Assembly: GCA_004022145.1 (NCBI GenBank)
Contig: RCNU01000005.1
Direction: 5' to 3' (one strand)
Source: Paecilomyces variotii
Lineage: Eukaryota
Length of the DNA stretch: 64,000 bases
Shown here: piece by piece, positions 1-13,629 of the stretch
How positions within the stretch are numbered: position 1 is the stretch's first letter
Layout: each line of letters starts with the position of its first letter
Program-made: the position numbers and the translations under genes
The notes under the pieces: generated by a model
Databases searched by the model: none
Seen by the model: the letters and a program-made list of their open reading frames with translations, nothing else
What the model was told of the DNA's origin: nothing

Positions 1-248
1 GTGCAAACACACACTGGTAAGTAGTGAGCTGAACAATTGCGAAAAGTGGATTCTGCACCATGCAAGGGAAGATGGTGATACAGTGTGGTATGCGTGATGC
101 TTGTCTGGAGGATCGCAAATCTGCAGCGAAATAAAAACGCAAAATAGGAATGATTTAGATAATCATCCCACTTACGGATACCACATCCTAGAACTGACAG
201 TTCTAACTCGACCACTCGAAGAAGGGGTTTGAGCTGTCTCTGAGACAT
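1..248 (-). other. Possible spliced 5' end of a minus-strand gene running off the window
   Basis: Minus-strand ATG at 248, a GTAAGT donor at 175 and a ..TTCGCTGCAG acceptor at 121 form a plausible 55-nt intron. No product is recognisable and the reading frame is uncertain. Confidence 0.25.
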
Positions 249-2617
249 GATGCAAGCCAGGGTTCCCCGTTGTCAGGCTGCGCTGGAATGGATGTGACTC
301 TCGTAAGCACGTAGAGCAATTGTTGATCTACCACCAGATATAATTAATACTCTGCTGTGCGGCATATATGGCATTCTTCAACTGAAACATCCTCCCAATG
401 TGTTCCTATTGTCGTTCGTAGTTTGCTCGATGCCACGAGTTGGGTGATCCGTGCGAGCTCTTCAACTGAGCCAATTCGTGGCTTGTGGCTTGTAGACCCA
501 GCCTCTGGCCCTTTCCTGGGAGGTGACATGGGTTAATTCTGAAACTAGTAATCCATTTGCGCGAAGCTTTTCCAGACGAAGCAGGTGGTTAAAAAGGGGT
601 TCCGCGAACAAAGAACTCTGACAGATCGAGAGCAGCACTACAGACCGTTTTCGGAGGTTGAAAGTGGCGGGACTTGACATCGGGCTCCGATAGGCGACTC
701 TTCATTGTAACCCTGAGCTGTTACATGCCACCCTGTGGTCGCGTGCCAGCGCAAGTTACAAGAACAACGAGTCTGTAATAATCTAGTCAGCTGCGCATGG
801 TATGTTTCTTCTGGCAAGAATAGTGCGTAATACAGCAAGATTATGTTAGATATGCTTCTGAAGTTCTGATAAGTAGAGTATGGTGGCTCGGACCGGTCCC
901 GAAGCCTCGTCTGAAGAAGTTCCAACTGGCGGCGTTGTGACAGAACGGTAACAAGCCAGACGGTATTTGTGACCCCAGCTGTGTGCTGTTGAGGATAAGT
1001 CAAGCAATTGGGCCTGTATTCAATCAAGAAAAGGCTCAATCCCGAGGCGTTATTTCTAGAAGCTGATCCAACTCTTGTTATTAAAACCATGTGTTGATAG
1101 GAGATTCTTCAGAGTCATCTGTGGCGAAATTCCGGTTATTCTTTAGCTAAGTTAAGAACATCTTCACAACTATGGATCGTCGCGAAGGATTGAGAACATT
1201 TTCCACGCGTGTGTCCGACTCTCAGCAGGAAGACACTCTGAGTATCTGAACATTCTACAGACATCCGCTGGACCGCAGCATAGCGCTGTATCGCTAGCAT
1301 CGAATGATTTGGGATACACAATCCACAATAATATTATTGCCATTGAGCTGTCATCCCTGAAAAGTGATAGTACTGTAACTATCATATAGTAGTATGGATG
1401 CAGATGAGGTTACCGACATCGACCAACGCAGAATGTCACCTTCGACTTCGAGAAAGTGGTTCGACCGGAGCTGTGTTTCCTCCATCAACTCCAATGAGAC
1501 CTTGTAGAATAATTAAGCTTAGACACGATTAGAGCTCAACTGATTATCAGCTACTACCTAGTTAATAGTTGTACTGTACGTACGTATGTATGTATGTACA
1601 GTAGATACGTCGATACATACGCATACCAGACCGCGGCGCGCAAACGGTACCTGACGATACCGACGGGATACGGCACCCCGACAATGATCAATACCACCCT
1701 GGCCTGGGCTCTCTGCAACTCTGGGCTCGATCTCATCGACCTTTTTCTCCATACCAGCGCCAATCTTTCTCCCCATCAACCCCATACCGGCCGAGTAGAC
1801 TGGCAGGTCTGGGAACCTCGCCTTGTCCACGAGGAAACGGCAGATCGCACTGTAACGCTTCCGTCTCCTCGTGAGATCTCCTCTTGCAACTGCTGTTTGC
1901 TTTCTGCCGTCTCCTTCCTGGAAGCTTGCCATTCGCTTCCTGTTTCTTTCCTGGTGATCGCGCCCGTCTTTCCTGTTAGGGCTGCTCCGTCGTGTCCGGC
2001 CATCTGCCCACCAAGTTTTGAGATCGATCTCCCATACCGGCTGCAGTCACGGCGATCAATCTCCCCTGCGCCTTCGAGGGAGACACGTACTTATGCGCCA
2101 GGGCGCTCGTCAGGATACCGCTCACTGAGTGCTTGCTTGTCTGTGCAGTGTTTACCTGATCCAACCATCCTTTGTATTCTACATATGTGCTTTGTACAAC
2201 CCTGGCGTATCTTGGTTCCCTTCTAAAGGAGCTTATTATCGACCGGCGCTGCGACTCTTGGTTCCACCTGGCTTTACTTAGAGTCTTAGACTCTAGACTC
2301 TAGAGAGTCATAGGCGAAACCCCTGCCTGTCCATCTTCCGATCTCCACCACTGGGGGAGTTAAAGATCTCCCGCCAGTACTACCTCAGTTTCATACATAC
2401 ATACTACTTTACTCCGCCGTCTATTTCGCTTCTGTTTACCTTCTTTACCTTCTCTCCTTCATCCACTTTCTTCAAATCGACCTTCCTTCCTCCCATGCTC
2501 TCCCAATTGCTAGAGCTACTTTCGTGCCCGGACTGGGCGTGAGACATACGGAGTACATTGCATCCCCCGCGCTCCTACTCGGTCGACTGCGCGATATCAT
2601 ACCTTCTGCCCGTCAAC

Positions 2618-4273
2618 ATGACGGCATCTCTCGTTAAGGTCCTACATAGGATGCAGGAGCTATTCCAGAACATCGTGTCGGCACTCGAGACCATGATCTT
2701 ATTTCCTGCCCTCTTTCGCGATCTTTCACGCAAGCGCCGCAAACACTTCCGAGGCGCGTGCTGGCCCCCGAGGACGCTCGAGGACTTCGCGCAAGAGATC
2801 GAACGTCTCTTTACGACTCCCTTGGCTCTGAGGAACATGCTCTCCATGTCGGAGAAGACACATCAGCAATTCAGAGCTTCCCTGCAGTCTAGCCCGGTGA
2901 ACATGTTGCCATCCTACACATACGCACTTCCGACGGGAGAGGAGAAGGGAACATACTTGGCATTGGACGTTGGTGGATCGACATTCCGCGTTGCGCTAGT
3001 CGAACTTCGTGGGAGGAGCGAGGATATGAAGATTTTACACGTCAAGTCGTTGGTCATCGATAATACCGTGAAGCAGCTGGAGGGAACAGCGTTCTTTGAC
3101 TGGATGGCGGAGAAGATCGACTTAACGCTGGCAGAAGTTGGCGAGAAGTACGGCCGGGATGCGAAGCCATTGTCTATGGGTTTGTCGTGGTCATTCCCTA
3201 TCGATCAGACGTCCACTCGTAGTGGACTCGTGATCCACATGGGTAAAGGGTTTCTTTGTTCCAACGGCACGCTTGGTCAGGAACTGGGCGATCTCATAAC
3301 CAAGTCGTGTCAGAAGCGGAACCTCAACGTGCGAGTTGATGCAATTGTGAATGATAGCTCAGCCACACTGCTTTCCAGAGCTTACAATGACCCTAAGACG
3401 CGAATGTCTCTCATTCTCGGGACAGGTACTAATGCTGCCATTCACTTTCCTGTTCACGAAATTGGTGCTGCGAAATTCGGTACCAGACCCCAGGAGTGGT
3501 TCGATCGAGCAAAGAACGTGATAGTGAACAGTGAAATGAGCATGTTCGGTGGCGGGATTCTACCAATGACGCGGTGGGACGACGTGCTAAACCGTACGCA
3601 TATGCGGCCGGATTACCAGCCACTTGAGTATCTGACTACGGGACGATACCTGGGGGAGATTGTGCGTCTCATCATTGTCGAGGCCGTCGAGACTGCTGGT
3701 CTGTTTGGAGGAGAGTTTCCGCATTCGATGCGGGAGCCTTACTCATTGGACACAGCTATACTCGCGTTTCTTGAAGCGGATACGTCTGCTTCATTGGCAG
3801 CATCGAGCGCCCTTCTGCAGAAAGAACATACTTTCCCGGTATCCCCGTCTGTAGAAGATCTCCAGTTTCTTCGGAAAGTCGCTGGATTTGTGTCTCGCAG
3901 AGCAGCAGGTTATCTGGCCACTGCAATCCACAGTATGTGGTGTTTGCGAAACGAAGCAGAATTTCCTGTTGTAGCAAGAACTTCAGTGGAAACCACGAAA
4001 CATGAAGGAAAAGTGACCGAAGAAGTCACAGTCGTCGAGAGCGAGGAGCAATCCAGAAGCTTGACCATCGCATGCGATGGTAGCGTCATCAACAAATACC
4101 CGGGTTTCAGGGACCGATGTCAGGCATATCTTGACCTCCTTACTGAACACACGGATTCCAGCAGCCTCGATTTGACACCGAAGCCTTCCATTGCTCTCGA
4201 ACTAGCTCCCGAGAGTGCTATTCTCGGAGCTGCCGTTGCTGTTGCTGTTGCTGTTGATGAAGAGACCCCTTAG
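2618..4273 (+). CDS. hxkC: Atypical, probably non-catalytic hexokinase-like protein (HxkC/HxkD-XprF group, most like HxkC), 551 aa, intronless
   Basis: Hexokinase motifs [58 protein letters not shown] at 2618 (the ORF track starts at an upstream TTG). Hydrophobic N-terminus followed by RKRRKH. Confidence 0.9.
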   Translation: MTASLVKVLHRMQELFQNIVSALETMILFPALFRDLSRKRRKHFRGACWPPRTLEDFAQEIERLFTTPLALRNMLSMSEKTHQQFRASLQSSPVNMLPSYTYALPTGEEKGTYLALDVGGSTFRVALVELRGRSEDMKILHVKSLVIDNTVKQLEGTAFFDWMAEKIDLTLAEVGEKYGRDAKPLSMGLSWSFPIDQTSTRSGLVIHMGKGFLCSNGTLGQELGDLITKSCQKRNLNVRVDAIVNDSSATLLSRAYNDPKTRMSLILGTGTNAAIHFPVHEIGAAKFGTRPQEWFDRAKNVIVNSEMSMFGGGILPMTRWDDVLNRTHMRPDYQPLEYLTTGRYLGEIVRLIIVEAVETAGLFGGEFPHSMREPYSLDTAILAFLEADTSASLAASSALLQKEHTFPVSPSVEDLQFLRKVAGFVSRRAAGYLATAIHSMWCLRNEAEFPVVARTSVETTKHEGKVTEEVTVVESEEQSRSLTIACDGSVINKYPGFRDRCQAYLDLLTEHTDSSSLDLTPKPSIALELAPESAILGAAVAVAVAVDEETP

Positions 4274-5027
4274 TTCTCGATTTTCTTGCATTTTGAGTTT
4301 TGAAGTGAGCTGCAATACCCTTCGGAACATACATGAGCTCGGCTCACTGCATTTGCTGCACCGGTCTCTTTCTCTTTAATATCCATTATCTCCTGGCCAG
4401 TCCAGCATGATATGCATACGAAGGCGTTCATGGTTCAGAGTTCTGTTTGCTCATTGTTTTCTTCCTATGCGAGCGTCGCGAAGGCACAACAGCGTTGTGT
4501 TCATGCTATGAAAATCCCCGCATGCTTCTTTTCTTTGTCTACTCTCTCATGCATACAGGTCTGGTAATTCGCGGGGACTCGGTTACTGGGAAGCGGGATA
4601 GACTAACTACTGCTGGCGCGAAAGAATAGAGGCCCTGGTGTACATACTCTATGATATCGTATCAGACTTATCAACTCATAGACTTGCAGAATATGCTTCG
4701 CGTAATAGGCAATGTAATGATTAGCGTACGAAGGCGTAGATATAAGTCTCGATTCCCATGGTGTCGAGACGGTATCAATCATCATATCATCGAGAGCTTA
4801 GAGGCTCCCTGTTGCAGAAATATGCCATGCTGGACGACCGTTTGCTCAAAACATGGTACGCTGCATGTAGCAGACTCCCCAGTCTGGGTCGGGATGAAGC
4901 TTTGTAAGGGAGAGTAGCATTCGCTCCGCGTCTCCAACTCTCTCTGCAGGCTCTTGTACTTGCGAAGGTCATCTTTTTGGCAGCAGATCTCCTGGACAGA
5001 ACATAACCTGTACTGCAACCCCTCCCA

Positions 5028-6036
5028 TCACTCCTTACACAGATCTTGGAGTAACTCCAGCATTCTCCGCTGGAGCGCTGACAACTCTTCTCTCGAGAGT
5101 GTGCCATCTCCACTTCCTTCTGGTTTTGTACGTGTAGCAGATGGTTGTGATATAGCTTTCTCCGCTTCTGCTTTTACAAGAGAATGTTTCACCGCGAAAA
5201 AGGGGATACCTAAGGCGCGAAGTTCCGAGTCTAGTGCTTTGGCCATATCAGCAGAGGCTTTGTAGACTTTGGCGTCGTAATTGTTAAGCTCTGCGCGGTC
5301 TTCTTCTACTGTCTATTTCCACATAATGGACAAGACTGTTAGTTACCCAAACACCTCGTAGTTATTTCAATGGCAGACAGTTGGTTGACCATGTGTAAGA
5401 AAAAGAAAAAAGATGGAGGAGAATTGCGAGTAATACGTACAGAGACCTCCTTACTTTCAGTGACAGGAGCACCGACAGATCGTCTAGATAAAGCTGTGTC
5501 AGTTCCATAAAAACAGAACCACATACATCTCCACGAAGAAGGCCCTGCACTTACAGAACCTCGTCCAGTTTCTTCTTCTTCTCTACCCGTGCCTTTTGTT
5601 TCTCAATCAGGGCTTCTCGACCCTTCCACCATTGTTTCTCATGGTCATGCTGGCTGCGTATTAGTCTGCGGATTTTCGACTGTAGAGCTTCGTTCTGGGA
5701 CACTGTTCGCATAACGTGTTTCAACGCCGCGGACCAGGTGACAATGGTGGAGGGGTCGGGAGTGTTCGTGTTCGTTCCTGATCCCAAAACAGGGTCTCTG
5801 GCTCCCATCGCAACAGTGGACGGTGGATACCTTGGTGCTTGCTGGGACTGAGATGGAAGTGAGAGCAGAGCGTCTGAGGGCTCGTATTCCTCATCATCTC
5901 GGGAACCGTTTGTGTGTTGAAGACTCGGGTTAGCGCCATGATTATTGAGAAACGTCTGACTTGCATTCGCAGGAGGTGCAAAGGCAGATAATGTCTTGAG
6001 AACAGCTTCCAAGTCTGGGTTGCTGTTGGAAGCCAT
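5028..6036 (-). CDS. Conserved fungal hypothetical protein, DUF2458-like, 3 exons
   Basis: Exons 6036-5555, 5483-5441 and ~5312-5028 splice in frame (GTAAGT/TAG, GTACGT/TAG). Joined sequence reads WSAALKHVMRTV..IRRLIRSQHDHEKQWWKGREAL..LRSVGAP..YDAKVYKASADMAKAL..LGIPFF. Confidence 0.75.
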
Positions 6037-6512
6037 AATCTGTAAAATGAAAAGCTATGTGAACGTTCCGTTCACCGACTCTTAGGACTTTGGTCTTTCG
6101 TCAGTAAATGCAAAACAAAATCAATGTGTAAACTTCACAATTCATGTCGGGAAAAACGAAATCTCCCCCTTGGATTCCTCTTCTCGCGCAGATTGCTTTA
6201 ACCTGGAGAGTTCAGTTATAAAGACAGGTCGCCGAAGTTCCAGCTCCGAGGCGGAAGCGCTGACATATGTAATTACTTCTCGCGCGCATCTCACTGGTCT
6301 TGGCTTCCGGTCCGCGAGGCCCCTCTAAAAATTTAACCCAACAACAATCGAACTCCCTTGTCCGGATATCCTGAGTCTCCCCCGCCAATTCCCGAACCAG
6401 AAGGGCTCGATTAGCAATTGCTACGTGTACTGGAGCGGCCACCAGTCACTGAACCCTACGGGAAAGTTCGAAGCAGCGATTTGAATTGGATAGCTGAGAA
6501 TTTCGAGCAATC

Positions 6513-7461
6513 ATGTCCCGCTCCGCCGCAGACGCAACGAGGTTCACGGCCACAGGGCCGTACGTCAGTTCCAAGGCCGCTACGACGTCAGCTACGCCGT
6601 ACAAGCTGCCGGGATTCATGGCAAAGAAGCAGGGTTCGGGCCCATCCTCATCGGGGCCCGGAGGGAAGGAAGAGACTCCCAAGCAAAAGGTCGAACGTCT
6701 ACGAGCGGAAGCACGCGCTGCTCGAATGGCGGCTTCGACGTCTCGGGTGGACACCTTTATTGAGAAAGGACGCGGTATTGCGAATAGGGCTCACAAGGCC
6801 ATGATTTATACTCTAATCGCGGCATCCGGTACGTCTAAAGCTCTCAGTTGATGCGTTGCCCAATCTTCAATGATCAGAGTTGGCTATATTCCATCCTGCA
6901 TTGGACTATTCTCCATACCCGCATCCGTTGGTAGAAACAACTAATCCCATTCTCGACGATGCAGGCGTATGCGGAGCCCTTACCATTTACTCAGTCGTTT
7001 CTCTAACGATGTACAACCGACGGCAACGCGAATTGTGGCTGGAAAAGCAGCTTCAAACCCTGCAGGATGCCAGGCTCGCATACGCCAACGGCACTGCCAC
7101 GGATGAGCAGCTTGAGGTTCTGAGGCAAGAGAGGATCGGGGAGTTGGAAAAGGAGGCCAAGGAGAAGGAGAAGGAGCAGAAGCCGTGGAATAAGTTCAAG
7201 CAGTACATCTTCGGAGGATTAAAGATCGACGAGGTCCCCGAAGAGACCCCGACCGTCAATGATGGCAAGCTGGGCGTCATCGAAGCCCTCAATGCGAAGA
7301 AAGCGGAAGATTCCAAACTCGCGGAGAACGCCTCTGCGGCAGCAGCGCCAGCTACTCATCCCATCCAACCTGGCCAGCTTGACGTCCTGGCCGAGAATGC
7401 TGAATCAGTAGCCAAGCAATCAGCACGAAGCTGGAAAAGCTGGTTTACCGGACGGTCATAA
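6513..7461 (+). CDS. Mitochondrial cytochrome c oxidase assembly protein (COX14-domain type), 2 exons
   Basis: Exon 1 6513-6828 (G|GTACGT), exon 2 6965-7461 (GCAG|). Reads MSRSAADATRFTATGP..ETPKQKVERLR, then a single TM segment across the junction (YTLIAASGVCGALTIYSVV) and a charged C-terminal region. Confidence 0.7.
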
Positions 7462-8133
7462 CAGCCCGAAAAACGAACGAAGGATACCGCTATAAGCGAC
7501 CATACTTTTTTTTTCTACCCTGTACGACCAGTTCCGAATGCTTCGAACCTCTCTTAATGGTCCCGGAATCCATTATTATCCGTCTCCATTCAGTCCTCTA
7601 CACACATTGGGTTGCGGCGTCTCATGCGGGGATACATGTGTTCTTATTTTTGCTCGCCCTTTTTTGTCCTTCTATCCTTTGTATTTTCAGGAATATTCGG
7701 TTGCGTGTGCGTGTATATTCTGTACGTATATATTGCATTGTGCTCGTTACATTCTCTGAAAACACTCTCCCTCCTGCATATCTCATGGAAATATCCCTTA
7801 TTATTAGTTTGGCCCTACGTGGTTGGCTTGCTACTAATAATGGAAAACTTTCTCCTCTACAATCTACAATAGAAAAGAAAAGGAACCCAAGGATATGAAG
7901 ATCGGCTCAGTCAGCTTTTCTTGGCTCTAGCATCCAAACAGGCAGGTGATGGAAAGTAGTAACTCCGGAATATCACAAATAGCGGACAGATCAAAAGTCA
8001 CCGCAGGAACAAAACGAACTGGGTTGAAGAGATCATGTACATGAAAGAAAATGTGCTGCGAGCTTTTTTGTTTTTGCAAAGAAAGATAGTCCAATAAATC
8101 CCCAATCATGCAGGAATATATCTAGGTCCATTT

Positions 8134-9402
<1,269 letters not shown>

Positions 9403-9559
9403 GATGCGACCGTTAAGATGAGTTCAAGTTGTAGCTAGGTTCCGGTGAATGGTGCAGTACAAAGAGTGAAAGAATCCTCTTGCAAAAAAAGACAGCTTAG
9501 CTGCAAAGCCACTGTATCACGGTGTTGAAAGAACGATCTGAGGACTTTCAATCCAGAAT

Positions 9560-9566
9560 TGAGTCA
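9560..9566. promoter_or_regulatory. Perfect Gcn4/CpcA-type site TGAGTCA upstream of DAHP synthase
   Basis: TGAGTCA lies 158 bp upstream of the ATG of an aromatic amino acid biosynthesis gene, a class known to be under cross-pathway control. Confidence 0.55.
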
Positions 9567-11465
9567 AGAGGGGTGGAGGCAAAGTTGATGGAGAGTTGCT
9601 GCGATACCGGTCGAGCCTAAGAAGTAAAAAAGCTACGGGTGGACGGAGATGGCGGGGACAGCAACCACACTGTTGGCCACTCACTCTACTTGAAAATTTA
9701 ATACAGATGATATTTGCCTCCTAGACTATCATTACTGCTAGACTATCACAGGACTGCAAGTCACTGTTGTTGTGCTCGAGGTAAGCAACAATGTGACAAT
9801 TTTCTATTTTTCTTTCTTTTTTTGCCCGGAAGCCCCCGCACAACGTCAAGCCCTGTCTCTCTGTGATGGACCAATCATAGGGGCCATAATGACCACATTC
9901 GCGCAGGCGGTGAGCATGTCTGATCGATCATCGGAGTAGTGGCGGGAGGAAAAAGACGATAACCAAAGGGAGAATATAGAGAATAAGTAGCGTCTAGGAA
10001 GTATTATTTTTAGCGTGTAAGGAAATCGTCCTGTACGGATGCTGCAAAAGTACACTTATGAATTCAGTCGCCTGCAATAACCAAGGAGCAAGTTCTCATC
10101 GTCTGATCGCCCTTGACTGGTCACATCTAGAAGAGCTCCATCCTCTTGTTTCTTCTTTGCATCCCTGTCACTTACGGGACGGCAGTAGCATGAGGGTTAC
10201 ACAGGTCAAAGGGCCAAAGATCGACTGTAGTGGTCTATTGGGAAGCTGTGGTGGCCATTCAAGCGTTCCTAATAAAACTATCTGTCTCAAAAGGCATGGG
10301 GATCCTGGCCAAGGGACCTCAGTTCGCGGCGGTACCAAGAATACCAGAAAGGAGAGAAAGACTTAGCTTCAAATGGCAGGGTTCCTTGTCATGAAGGAAT
10401 GGAGTCTGTGGCGTATTGGGCTCATAAATAAAACTGCCACAAGGCGTAGACAAGGCACAGGAGGGATACAGTTTGATATTTTTCCTGATCAACGCCAACG
10501 GATGCTGCAAGTAATACTATAAGTTCCTCCAGTAACTCTCGAATCTGGCTCCCAATGCTTGAGCTGGAGATTTATTGGCACTCAATTTTTGACATAACCT
10601 CGAAGTCGAACTAAGCTCAACCTTTTGCAATGAAATTTCACTTCAGGTTATAGAGTGTGGTTGAGTATTCGGTTATATACTCTACAGAAGAAGTTAATGC
10701 TTGTTTGTAATCTAGAATTGAGACATGGTTACCTTCAACTGCAGGCTTACTGTTGATCGTCGGTTTGCGCTGGAATGTTCCTTGCTTGCAACGATGTTTC
10801 TGGACGATATTTCTCATGCTGCAAATGAAATCCAACCTTCCACGGACTTTTTGTCTTGTAATTTCAATAAAGAGCAGGTTGAAGGTGGCTTAATGGATAG
10901 TATCCAATCTGACGTACTGGATGCGAGATCGAATGCGGAGAGAGGAGAGGAACGCATGTCCGGGACCAATAGCTTAAGTACTGGACAACCCCACAAATCC
11001 TGCGATCTTGACGTACCTACGCTAGTTAAAGCTCTAGCAGAAGTTCCAGAGCAACAAATTCACACTAACAGCCCTAAAGACTGGGCAAGCTAGCCGCTCC
11101 CAGTGAGGCCAAACAGGACGTCTCTTAGCGGCCGCGCGAAGGCAGCTAGGCTTGTCCCCTAAGCCGGCCCCAGCTTCAGCATCATCACCACTACTGTCTC
11201 ACCTCGACTGTTTCTCTGACGTTGATATGCGTTCTGAAACCGCTGGCTGATCTCCTACAAAAACTTGTTTGACTGTCGCGACATTTTTTGTTCAGGACTC
11301 CTCTTTCTCCTTCTCCTGACACTTTTCCCTCCATGAGTTCCGATCAAGGCTAGCATCGAACAGTTTACTAGACTGTTTCCTTTCGCAAAGATTCAAAGCT
11401 CACACACCGGCCTCTGACTCCTATTGCTATCTGACGCCAAAACAATTGCAACCATAGAGGGTACT

Positions 11466-12587
11466 ATGTTTAGCTTATCTGCCAAACGCCCCCGAGGCGA
11501 TGACATCGAAGACTACCTACAACACGACAGCAAGGTACGTGAAGCGCGACAGATGGCCCCCACTGACAAACAATCCGGTTTGGAATTCGTCCGATCCTCG
11601 ACAGAAGGATCAGGCCATTGTTGAGTCTCGTAACTGACAGTATGACTGCAGAAACCACGTCCGACACCTCTACCACTGCGCGTTTCCCCTAATTCTCTTC
11701 ACAATGCATCCACTGCCCAACAGAATCAATTCGCTTCTCGGTCTATTCCACCTGCACTTACTCCTGCCGACTCGTCCGACGACGATGATGACAATAACGG
11801 TCTGCGAGATGCAAATGCTCAGGCTGCGCAGAGCGGTTGGCTTTCTCAGTTGGTCCCTAGACCGCCAGCGCCCGAACCAGAATCAGCCATGGACCTTGAC
11901 ATGGCCGAGTCACATCCATTAGCTGGTGGTGATAACCTTTCGCCATGGCCTGTCAGTGCCAGAAGCGGTGGGAGCGTACAGCCGTCGCCAATCCCACAGC
12001 ATCTGATCAACCAGTCGCTCAACATCAGCGGAGGCCGCACAGCAACTCCAATCTATGGACACTTTACCGTTAATATGAACGTCGAGGCTATGATGGAGGA
12101 CGATCCCTCAATGCCAACACAGGAATCGGCTCCAAGCAGTAACAGCGATGAGAGGAATGGAGAGCCGGAATGGTGGCGACGCCGACGTCTGCCCAGCCCC
12201 ATCAGCGAGGATGAAGACCGCATGGGCAATAACAACCAGAATTACGGTACGGGAGTCCCGAACGATCAGGGATTATCAGTAACAGACACACCTCCGTTGG
12301 GTATCGCTTCTGGACCAACTTCTTCCTGGTCCGTTGCTCCAGAACGAGGTGAATGCGGTCGAGAGCAGGACCTTTCGGCTACTCCCATGGAAGCCAGCAC
12401 GGCTGCTGTTCTACGGAACCGTTCTTCATTCGCAGATTTGGCCGGCAACGGCAGGGAATCGATAGTTAATAACGCGGCATCCACGGCCGAAAAGGGCAAA
12501 ATTAGCTTCTCTATGGGCTACCGCGCAGACTGCGACAAGTGTCGGCGTAGAGTGCCTGGACACTACAGCCATATCATTCGTTCATGA
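11466..12587 (+). CDS. Conserved fungal hypothetical protein, largely disordered, C-terminal MGYRADCxKC..GHYSH motif, 2 exons
   Basis: ATG 11466. Intron 11535-11651 (GTACGT..CTGAC..GCAG) joins MFSLSAKRPRGDDIEDYLQHDSK in frame to KPRPTPLPLRVSP.. and the 11850-12587 ORF. Confidence 0.75.
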
Positions 12588-13629
12588 TACCCAGTCTTAT
12601 AAGGCTCCATAGAGCGACCTTCACTGTCTCTCTGTGGAGCTCTTCTGATCTGTCTTCCGTCCATTTGTGACGTGGACTTTTGGTTATGTTTTATTTTTCT
12701 TTTCGGAACTTTATAGATAATTAGGCGCTTTAGGCGTTCACTGGCTGGGATGAGCTTTTCTTCCACTTCTCGGAGGGTTAGAGATTACAGGGCAAAGGAA
12801 AGGGTATTCACTATCCTGGGAAATACAACAAATGGAATAGAGTCCCTTCAGCAGGGGCACGGGAATCGTCTTATACAAGGTTGCGACTATGCACATTCTT
12901 TTGTATTCATAAACCAACAATTACCTTTATCCGCAACCCTTTGGGGATCTAAAATTCTTTGGTCTAGAAGAGCATCAATTTATCGTCCAGAATAAGGAAG
13001 ATGGATAAACTATGGTATGTCATGTTCCGAAGGCAAGATCCGAAATATATGACTAAGCATTGCGGTATCCGAAATGTTTTGTTAGTTAACCAGAGGTGCT
13101 AGATACAGTGACATTCTTATCAGCATCAATGTGAAAACAAGATGGATGATGTCTAGATGTCATCCTATGATGAACGGACGCAATGAAATTACTGCATATC
13201 GATAATTTAAGCTCTTCTATCGAGAGGCGTTGTCTCCAAATAACAAGAGTTACTCCCCGCACGGGGAAGTATTTGTTTCCCCCATCATTCTCGGCAGAGT
13301 CCTTTTCCGATCGTCTTTGCCGGTGGAGAAACTCCTTCGTTGCCATCCGATCTCGCGGCATTAATTGAACGCCGATTTCTAAATAGTCTCTGGGTTTCTT
13401 TTTGATTTTCTTTTCTGGTGTCTCTTTTTACAGTTTCATTGTGATACCCAAGGACTTAGGTGTTCTCTTCTGCCTTCTATACTTCATCCCGGTCTGCGAC
13501 ATTCCGCGTTGGCCGCCCGCTGCTCGAAAGTAGAGAGCAGCATCTTAGAATCTCTCGTTGGCCGATTGAGAGTGTTGACGACTGTTCTTTTGTGCTTTTC
13601 CGCAGTTCGACGTCCGTCGTACAACAGCT

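Noticed and set aside
638-2226. ORFs of 124-210 aa upstream of the hexokinase-like gene
   Set aside because: No recognisable motifs or codon bias. They overlap GTAT microsatellite and CT-rich leader/promoter sequence.
10725-11093. 122-aa + strand ORF between DAHP synthase and the hypothetical gene
   Set aside because: No family similarity or splice support. It lies in a divergent promoter region.
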